This document shows, piece by piece, positions 55,289-64,000 of a DNA stretch of 64,000 nucleotides. The position numbers and the translations under genes are program-made. The notes beneath the pieces are model-generated. The model ran no database searches. It was given only the letters and a program-made list of their open reading frames with translations, and was not told the DNA's origin. Numbering within the stretch: the first letter of the stretch is position 1; each line of letters starts with the position of its first letter. The stretch spans positions 124,001-188,000 of the forward strand of contig JAPMXV010000061.1 of the NCBI GenBank assembly GCA_026936335.1. Reading direction: 5' to 3'. Source of the stretch: Mantamonas sphyraenae STR306. Its lineage: Eukaryota > Protista > CRuMs.

Positions 55289-56487
55289 ATGTTTGGCTGG
55301 GGAAGCAAGAGCAACACCACTGCCGAACCCAGTGACACCACCAGTGAGGAGAAGGACACGTCGCAAGGGAAACAAGAGACAAAGTCCACCACACAGGTGT
55401 TGGGTAATGTGTCATGTAAGCCCAGAGTGGAGAAGGAGGGTCGATTTGATGATCAACGCGGAAATGAACAGCACACGCTGACACACAGTCACTCACACAC
55501 TCATAATCACGGCCTCTCACAGCATTCTTTGGCTCCTTGGCGACGAGTGTAAAGAGCAGTCTGGAGGAGAACCAGCGCAAGTTTGCAGAGGAACGGGAAA
55601 AGTACAGCAAAGGAGGGGAGGAGGGTGCGAAGGAAGCTGAGCTGGCCAAAGCGCCGTGGTTGGGGATTTCAGACGACCCAAAGGTGACCCAGAGGTTGAG
55701 GGAAGCCATCCTGGACCTGGGGTTGGATAGCACCACGCTGTCTGTAAAGCTGGACGAGTCGGTGGGGTTTGACTTTGACATGGCAACCTACGTGAACGAC
55801 GCCAAGAGTGCACTGGAGGCAGACCCGAATCTGACGCAAACACGGTTCCTGCTGGTGCCCAAACACATCAAAGAGAACGAATTCTGGCGCACCTACTTCT
55901 ACCACATCTCACTCATCTACCAGAGGGAGAACGAACGGCAAAGACAGGCTCTGGCTGCGCAGGGGTCCAGGTTAAACTTTAGGGCCACGGGCTTCGACGT
56001 GCTGGACGACAACCTGCCCGAGTTTCTCAGCGACAGCTACGGTGGATACAGCAGTCACCTATTGGCAAGCACCACAGGCACAACAGGAGGACGGGTGGAC
56101 ACCCAAGGGGACAAGGGGAACACCCAGACCAACACAAGCACCAGCAACACCAGCAGCAGCAACAACACAGAGGAGGACACAGGGACAAATGAGTTTGGGT
56201 CCGGGTCATGGGGGATCACAGGAGGCCCAACCACAACCACAGCAACCTCCTTCTCATCATCATCAACGACAACGGGAGGGGCAGGAGGCGGTGTGGACAC
56301 CTCGGTGCACAGCACACGCAGCATTGTGGATGAGTTTGAAGAGGAGCTGCGACGGGAACTGGATGGGTTGGGATTGGATGGTCTGAGTATGGACGATGAG
56401 GATGGGACGGGGGCTGTGGACATGGGTGATTTGGATCTGGAGGACGACGAAGATTGGGCTCTGGACGAGGAGTTTAAGGATCTGTGA
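55289..56487 (+). CDS. BSD domain protein (SYAP1-like)
   Basis: APW..., DPNLTQTRFLLVPKHIKENEFWRTYFYHISLI; intron ~55404-55521. Confidence 0.88.
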
Positions 56488-56551
56488 TGTCCTCCTCCCC
56501 ATCAGTATCCTCATCACATCAGACAATGTACGACATTTGGTCTGCACTTGT

Positions 56552-57235
56552 TTAGCAGCTGTTGTTCACCCAGCAGAGCCAGCCGCAACCGCCCTGGTCC
56601 TGCTCCTCGTCCTGTTCCTCGTCCTGCACCTCCGTCACGGGCAAATCACCCAGAGGCAGATGAGACAGGCTCTGGCCCACCACTTTGACGTCTTCGCAAT
56701 GGTAGCGGCAACGGGACAGGCGGCGCAGCACACGGCGAGCCTTGCCGCGGAAGCGAGGGATCTTCAGAGTGCGCCACGCAACCACAATCATCAACATCTT
56801 GCGGAACTTGGTCGATCCCATGTCGGGGCACACCTTCTTGTCGGCCAGCAGGTCGTTGCAAAGCTGCGTGGGAACAGCGGTGGAGCGCCCAGAAGGGCCG
56901 GAGCAAAAGTGTCAGCGTTGGTGAAAAAAGGGGGGAAGCATGAAAAGTGAACGGCATCTCCAGGGCGGAATAGAGACACAGAGTCGCATGGGAACACAGC
57001 ATACCTTGAGGAGTTCGGTGACTTCGTCGTAAACCTTCTGCTTCTTGGCACTCATGGACTCCTGGTCAGCGTCCTGGACCTGCTCAATCTCCTGGGCCCA
57101 GCCGTCCTCCTCCTCCACCGTCTCGGCCGCCTGCTCCTTCTCCTGCTGCTGCGCCACCTCTGCTACTTCATCGGCAAAGGCACGCGTGCACAGCAGCGCA
57201 AGCATGGCCATGATCAGGACATGGGAGAGCTTCAT
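56552..57235 (-). CDS. Secreted acidic/Cys protein ending CGWLCWVNNSC (paralog of 63378)
   Basis: Signal peptide MKLSHVLIMAMLALLCTRAFA; one intron (~57004-56864) gives ELLK|LCNDLL. Confidence 0.75.
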
Positions 57236-57453
57236 GGTGTGAGAAAGGGGGGGGGGGTTGTGTTTGTGTGGGGGCCACTGGGCAGCAGCGGAGATTCCAA
57301 GTTTTGGATGTGAGTGTGGATCGGATGAGGATGGGAGGTGGGTCTTTGATGGTGATGGTGATGGTGGGTGGTGGGTGATGGGGAAGGAGGGGGGGGGACA
57401 TCTGCGCAAGGAGACCCAGTGCATCTCTAAAAACCCCCAAAGCAAAGAAAACA

Positions 57454-59199
57454 ATGTCGACCAGCGACAAGAGCAATGACGATGCATCGCTGTTGGGCAG
57501 TGGTGAGGAAGCAAAGAAGGGAAGACTGCAACGGGAGCAGTCGACGGACGAACGGGAACCGCCACTCATGCGAAGCAGGTTCGTGAGCAAACAACAAAGA
57601 GGGGGACCAAGGCACACTCGACACACACACACACTCACACACTCACACACTCACACACTCACACACTCACACCCCACCCATGCACACACATAGCAACTAC
57701 TTGGGCGACAGCGAAGTGGAACTGGGCGAGGACCAGCTGAGCGTCATCGCGGATTGGGCCAAGGCTCACAAGGTGTGTTTTTCCCTTGACTGCCGTTTGG
57801 GTCTCTGCTGGCCGCCAGAGACATGGAAGCACGCTGACACAAAGGGAATATGGACCATGGCCACACATGCGTGTGCGTGGATGCCTGGATGCTTCGGTGT
57901 TCACAGAAAATGCCTTTCTACGTGGCTGTGGACGTGGGAGGCTCACACTCGCGGGTGATGTTTCGCCTGAAAGAGGTTGGTGGCCGCCTGGTACAGCCCA
58001 AGGGGATCAAGTTCAACTCGCGATCGATCACCAAGCTGCTCGAGTCGCTGCATCGCATCGGAGAACAACTTGTGAGTGGCATGCCAAGTGGCAGGAAACG
58101 TGGCAACGAGAGAGCGAGCGAGCGAGAGAGAGGGCACTTTGCGCAAAACACCCTTGCATACGCTCAACCACTGACACACGCATCCACACACCGACCCACA
58201 CACGTCCAGGCGGAGATTGTGGGACGTCCTGCAGACTGTGCATGCCTTGCATTTGCAGGACCGATCAGCGAGGGTGGCACGCTGGCGACGTTGACCAACT
58301 TTGAGTCGCCCAATGAGATCCGAGTGACGGATCTTCCCACCAACCTGTTTGATGCCAAGCGCACGTACTTTGTCAACGATCTAGAGTCGTGCTGCTATGG
58401 CATCCTGAGTCTGGACCAGGCTGGCATCCTGTCGGAGTACTTCCAGCCGCTGTTTGGTCCCGAGAGCGGCCACACGCTGTTGGAAGACTCACTGAAGCCG
58501 CTGAACTATCTCATCATGGCCATGGGCACGGGGTTGGGTGTGGGCATGTTGCTTGCGCCTGGACAGTCGCTGATGACACGTCAGGGTGCACAGAAGCTGA
58601 GTGTGTTGCCCGTGGAAGGCGGTCATTGTCTCGTCAACAAGCTGGGTCGCCAACATGACCATTACGACGATGACACCGAACTCATCGACTTTCTGGCCAA
58701 CAAACGCTACCAGGGCGAACACACCCTCGAGTACGAGGACATCTGCTCGGGACCAGGCCTCGTGCGATGCTACGACTTTTTTGCGCACAAACACAACGAG
58801 AGTGTGGGTGAGGGTGACGGGGACGGGGACGTGGTGCCTGATACCATGGAGGCTGGGGAGCTGGCACAGGCGGCACTGGGTGATCTTGACGTCGCCGTCA
58901 ACAAGGTGTGCCACCAGGCCATGAGCACACACTATCGCTTCCTCATGCGTGCTGCACAGAGCTTCTGTGTGCTTGCTCAGTGCAAGTGTGTCTTTCTGTG
59001 TGGCGCAAACCAGGTCAACAATGACCAGTTTGTCACCAACCATGTCGACGCCCTCCAGGGCGAGTTTCTCAACCACACAAAGGTCGAGTGGCTCGACGGT
59101 GTCGTCGTCTTTCGCCAGATCAAGAACCACAACATCAACGCTGCAGGTGCCCTCCACGTCGCTCAGATGATGCACGAGCGATTCCACAAGCTGTCGTGA
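57454..59199 (+). CDS. Bacterial-type (group A, Glk-family) glucokinase
   Basis: VAVDVGGSHSR, CLAFAGP, VNDLESCCYG, GTGLG, EGGH and EDICSGPGL; three introns. Confidence 0.88.
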
Positions 59200-59309
59200 G
59201 AGCAGTCATTCTCCATGTCGCGGAGGGTGTTTTGGATGGATGGGTGAGTGGGTGTGGCCCATGACCTTGGAGTTCCTGAGTCAGGAATGCACATGGAAAC
59301 CCAACCAAA

Positions 59310-62300
59310 ATGACCGCTCGGGTGTTGCTGTCCCTGGTCCTCTTCTTCCTCCTTCTCCTCCTCCTGCCCTGGTGCGGCATGGCCGAAACACAGGTGATAG
59401 TGGCCAATCCCAGGCAGGAGGCTGTGGATGAGTCGGAATATGAGTGGCACGTGTCCCTCGCCCAGGCAGACGGCACGCGCGTCCAGGCCCTGGCTCCAAA
59501 TGGCCAGTACACACTGGACCTGCGCATCAAATCCAAATTCAGCCGCAGTGCAGACGAGGATGTAACACGTGCCATGAGTGCCACGGGTCTCATGCCCCGC
59601 GTGGTCTTGCTGCGTCCGTTTCGCCTGCTGGAAGTGACCCAGCTCGACTCGGCCACCGCCCAGCGCGGCACCTCGCGTTGGCAGCTGCCCCTGCGCACCA
59701 CAAACGACACCGGAATCGCCCTCCTTCGCATCATGTCCAACAACTATGCAAGTTCTGCCTCGCAAGTCGGTAAGTGAGAGAGTCCACCACCGGCCTCTGT
59801 GTGCATTGGGTTGTGTACCATGCGACCGTTTTGGGATCGACCCCGCTGACACCACACACACGCACACACACACACACACACACATACGAATGGATCACAC
59901 ACACACACACGCACAGTGTCAGACACTTCTGCAACCGTGTACATATCATCTCTGCTATTTATCAACAGCACGGGGGGCCAGCAGAGTGTGCTGGGGGATA
60001 GCGTGAGCGTGGCCACCCATGATCGCCCGTTACGCTTCAGCTTCCAACCACAGGTGTCGACAGTATGGATGGCACCTGTGGCCCTCTCCTCACTCAACAT
60101 GGTGGTGAGCTACGATGGCGGCGAGAGCACTCAGCAGATCTCCCTGGCCGCACAGAACAGCCCCTTGCTGGCGAGTGGCAGCAACGCACCTGCATCCGTG
60201 TGTGCATCCAACACTCCATCCGTGTACCAGGCCCTGCAGCTTCCCTCTGCCCTGTTTGTCAGCACACACGCGGGTGTGTTGCGGGGACGCGTGTTGCACG
60301 GGAGCGGCGGCAGCAGCGCAGGGACACAAGAGAGACATGTGCAGTGGACTCGTGATGTGGATGGGTTGTGTGCTCCCAGGTTGCACAGCCATGAGGACAC
60401 CTTGCTGGCGGTGTCGTCGCAGACGTTGCACTATTCACTGCGTGGTGAACCATTGCAGGAGCTGGTGGACACCCAATCCACTTCCTTGCTCCCTTACTTG
60501 GGCTATTCCTCTTCTGCAGAGGCTCAGGTCGTCGATGCTGTGCTCGTCACCTCCACCGAGCTGCAACAACGCATGCTTGCTCTTGTCCGTGTCAATCTCA
60601 CCTCCTCTTCCTCCTCCCATGCTTACCAATTGGTGTCCTACGAACGCCAGGATGCCGTGTATTGGTCCAAGGACATTGCATACAGCGCACGCATCCAACA
60701 CGGAGCGTGGCAGGTGGCATTCAACATGCCCAATGCACTGCCCGCCACCACATCCACCACAGCCTCCTTCTCATCATCCAACCAAGGGAATGCCAATGAC
60801 AACCGACATGCAGTGTTGTTGTCTCCATGGCCAGCAGAAAGCTGGAAACGGCTGACGGGAGCCACCCCTGTGGCAACGAGTGCGACAACAACGGCAAGCA
60901 CAACGCAAGTGCAATTGAGTGCGCTGCACACGGGATCGGGGGCATCCAAGGCAGACGTGTATGCGTATGGCAATGTGGTGGTGTACAGTCCGGACGGAGG
61001 AGTCACGTGGTCGTTGTTGCGCACGTTCGAATCCGGTGTCACCGTGCAGTGGGCGGCAAGCACGGGCATCGGGGGCCGTGTGGTGTTTCTGGCCAGCGAT
61101 GGGCGCCTATGGTACGGTGTGCATGGTCTGCACGCCCTGGTGCCTGTGTTTGACGAGCGCACACCGCAGCGAGAGGATGCCAACGTGTTGAGGCAACCCT
61201 TGTGGGATGCGTTGGGCCGATTGCAGGAGGTCTGGGTGCGACAGGGCAGTGCGGGGGCACAAGTGGACGTCAACCACGCCCTGCATCGTGAGTTGGACAG
61301 CCAAGTGTTGGCACAAGCCTCGGCTGATGCTTATTCGTGTGCCTACCAGGCGTTGCGCTTTGCCTTTCCTCCCAACGTCAACGCAACCCGCTCCACACGC
61401 AACCAACTCGTCCCCGATCGCATCTACCTGGATCAGGGCCAGTCGTACTCGTTCCAGATCCACGTCACACCACAGCGTGGCGTCGACCCCTCCTCCCTCC
61501 CAGTGGGCTTCCAAGTCCTCTCCCCTTCGGGAGTGTTGGCCACCGTCAGTCACAATCGCCCCTTTGCCTCCTCCAACCGTCTCGAATTCGACATCACCCT
61601 CAAGGAGGCCGGTGCAGGAAACCGCGTGGTGGCACAAGCTCCCGGGGTGGCACTCAACGAGTCTCTGGTGCGTCTGCGTGTGCACAACGCCTCGTTGGCC
61701 TGTGTGAATGCGGCTGTGAGCGATGCCGAGGATGATTTGCAACTGGTGGCTGCGAAAGCAGATGCAGGAGACACCGTGGATGAGCAACAGGAACAACAAC
61801 AACAACAACACAACAACAACAACAACAACAGGAACAGGAGACCGTGAGTGAAGACAAGCTACGTGGACAATACGTGGTCAGTTCATTGAGTGTGTTGACA
61901 GGTTGTCCGCCGTATCGTGAGCTTCGCTATGCGCCGCGGCTGAGTTCGCAGCAGGACGAGGGCTGTGACGAAAGCGACGGGGTGCACTGTGTGTGGTACA
62001 ACCATGATTACCTGCCTGTGTTCCAGGTCCATGATCTGGTCACGGGCCAGGCCGTCAACTACACCGGGTTGTACCGGTGGGAGGTGATTGGGGCAGGCCC
62101 CACGGCAAAGGACATCACCCCGTTCCGTCCCGACCAAATGGCTGGGTTCAACCAGTTCATTTGGACGCCCATTCCCGAACCTTTTACATTCTTTTCGCTG
62201 GCCAACAATGGGCTGACGTGGGTGTGTGCGCCGGGCACCCCGTGTTCGTCGCCGTGGCCCAACTTCCCAGGCACTCCCGAGTACTACCTGCGCATCCGTG

Positions 62301-62491
62301 TGGACACCAGCCCCGACCCAAACACCTACTGCAACTACCAGCATGAGTATGTTGTGCGTGTCCATGGCATTAGCATGGACTTTCAAACCACCATGCTCTT
62401 TGCAGGCGCCTCCTTTGCCATCTTCCTCCTCGCCTCCCTTTGCTGCATGCTCTACTTTGACGCACAGAAAAAGAAGCAGAAGCGAGAGTGA
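59310..62491 (+). CDS. CATSPERG: CatSper auxiliary subunit gamma homolog
   Basis: Signal peptide, large ectodomain, single C-terminal TM. PDRIYLDQGQSYSF, GCPP, DLVTG, VIGAGPT, WVC...PC, PEYY and TYCNYQ..VVRVHG. Intron 59770-59916; frame break in (CAA)n at ~61810. Confidence 0.82.
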
Positions 62492-62528
62492 GCAAACAAT
62501 GGGTGGGTGGATGGGAGTAAAACACATG

Positions 62529-63302
62529 TCAATGATTCCCTCGCTGCTCCTTGCCCAGTTCCCGGATGATCTCCTGCAACTGTACCCTTCGTTCTGTAAT
62601 CCACTTTTGGGTCACTGTGTCGTTGAGATCGGCGGAAATGGTGTCCCACAATCCCTTCCCATCCTCAGTGTCCTCCTGCTTGTCGTCGTGGTCTTCCTTG
62701 CCCTTGCCCTGTTGAGCCACCACAGCAGACACCAGGTGTTCAGTGACACCCACCACAAACATACCACAGTCATACGAGTTGCTTTGCCTCGGCGTGTCCA
62801 CCGACACAAAGGCAGGCGTGTCGTTGACGTCCAGAAATGGGGTCACCTTGCGGCTGATGCGCTTGGCTGCACTTTCGTTGAACCCCGGGATGGAATCGAG
62901 GTAGTAGTAGGTGTTGTCCTCCCTCACATACACCATCAACGACCAGTGTGAGCCGCCCAACCTGTCCACAGTCTGGTTGTTGTTCACTGGGATGAACACG
63001 AGCGAGCGTTGTGCCAGCTCCAACGGGCCCAGAGCCAGCGCACACTCTTCCACGTCGTTCAGGAATGTCATCATCATCACCGTCGCAGGTGACACCAGCA
63101 ACACATGAGGCAACTCCCGTTCCAGGTCCTGTTCCTCGCTGGCATACATGTAGGCAAAGGTGATCACCGCATCGTTCAACCACTGCCCGTCGTCCAGCAA
63201 CGCCACATCCGACTCTCGCAACGACACATCCGCATACGTCAACACAAACCTGTCCTCCCCACCCTCGCTCCTGTCACCTCCTGCTGCCTTTGTTGACGAC
63301 AT
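62529..63302 (-). CDS. SENP8: NEDD8-specific protease (SENP8/NEDP1)
   Basis: VLTYADVSLRESDV.LL...WLNDAVI.F, PVNNN.....GGSHWSL and QSNSYDCG. Confidence 0.93.
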   Translation of the reverse strand: MSSTKAAGGDRSEGGEDRFVLTYADVSLRESDVALLDDGQWLNDAVITFAYMYASEEQDLERELPHVLLVSPATVMMMTFLNDVEECALALGPLELAQRSLVFIPVNNNQTVDRLGGSHWSLMVYVREDNTYYYLDSIPGFNESAAKRISRKVTPFLDVNDTPAFVSVDTPRQSNSYDCGMFVVGVTEHLVSAVVAQQGKGKEDHDDKQEDTEDGKGLWDTISADLNDTVTQKWITERRVQLQEIIRELGKEQRGNH

Positions 63303-63377
63303 GGTGGTTGCGCAAGGGCGGTGTGTGTTTTCCGTGTTTCGTTTTTTTCATTTGCAATGTCTGTTGAAATGACCACA

Positions 63378-64000
63378 TCAGCAGGTGCTGTCAATCCAGC
63401 ACAACCAGGAGCAAGTGGTGGCAGCTGCTGCTGCCTTGTCCTCGTTCTCATCGCTGACCTCGACCTTGGGCACGCGGCCGTTGAAGGCACGGGTGATGGC
63501 AATGTTGCCGTCGATGTTGGACGAGGCCTTCTTGATGGCAGCACAGTCGTACTTGCATGCAGCAAGCTTGGTCTTGGCTGCATTCAGACACGTGCTCCAA
63601 CGCGGGTGCGAATCGGTCTGGCTCTTGACCACAACCTGCTCCAGGGCGTTGTACGAATCACCGCCGACCTTGGGGCACGTTGCCTTGGCCTGCTTGCTCA
63701 GGTTGTCGCAAAAGGTCATCATGAGGGCATCGGCCTCCTGTGCATCCTCCTCTGCATCTGCATCTGCATCCTCATCCTCCATCTTGTCCTCACCCTCAGC
63801 CACGGCTGCCTTGGCCGTCTCCACCTGCGCTTCCTCTGCCTCTCCGCTTCCTCTCCACTGTCGGCCTCCTCTGCCTCCACATCGCTCATCCCATCCTCCT
63901 CCTCCTCCTCGTTCGCAAATTCATCGTCTGCGCTGTCCTCTGCGTCCGCCTCCTCCTCGTCCTCGTCTTGTTCGTTGTCCGAATCGTTGTCCTGGTCCAG
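63378..64000 (-). CDS. Acidic/Cys protein ending CSWLCWIDSTC (paralog of 56552); 5' end beyond the window
   Basis: Same Cys spacing as the 56552 gene; the acidic upstream part contains apparent indels. Confidence 0.7.

Noticed and set aside
61844-61890. Short intron at GTGAGT rescuing the CatSper-gamma frame
   Set aside because: The phase is compatible, but it would be only 38-47 nt and would remove LRGQYVV. One missing A in the (CAA)n polyQ tract explains the break more simply; not fully excluded.
1-64000. tRNA, rRNA, transposase or viral genes
   Set aside because: None were recognised by eye; tRNAscan-SE and Infernal were not run.

Overview
A very gene-dense, GC-rich eukaryotic nuclear region, probably from a flagellated protist (species not determinable from the sequence). 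It has about 38 protein genes, short GT-AG introns (about 80-200 nt, often containing (CA)n), and intergenic gaps often under 100 bp. Recognisable genes include two inverted near-identical RPS2 copies, GSTK1, a torsin-like ER AAA+ ATPase, SUB1/PC4, two GYG-pore cyclic-nucleotide-binding channels, MLF, MFS transporters, TRAPPC5, COQ2, a mitochondrial ABCB, SENP/ULP, purple acid phosphatase, PTAR1, a DUSP, GCFC2/PAXBP1, XPO4, a Cys-rich GPI surface protein, a FabG/CBR4-like SDR, bacterial-type glucokinase, CatSper-gamma and SENP8. The best lead is a 129-codon, three-TM membrane protein gene (49656-49267, minus strand) with one in-frame TGA in QAAEKV*VLLARKG and a SECIS-shaped hairpin with a non-canonical core in its 3' UTR; it is a candidate unannotated selenoprotein. 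Other leads are a tandem EF-hand/MFS fusion with 33-nt and 12-nt microexons, a two-member secreted family ending CxWLCWxxxxC, and animal-associated genes (torsin, CatSper-gamma, PRR11-like, PIGBOS1-like). Several genes carry single-base indels in short runs, most likely long-read assembly errors. Family assignments come from recalled motifs; no searches were run.
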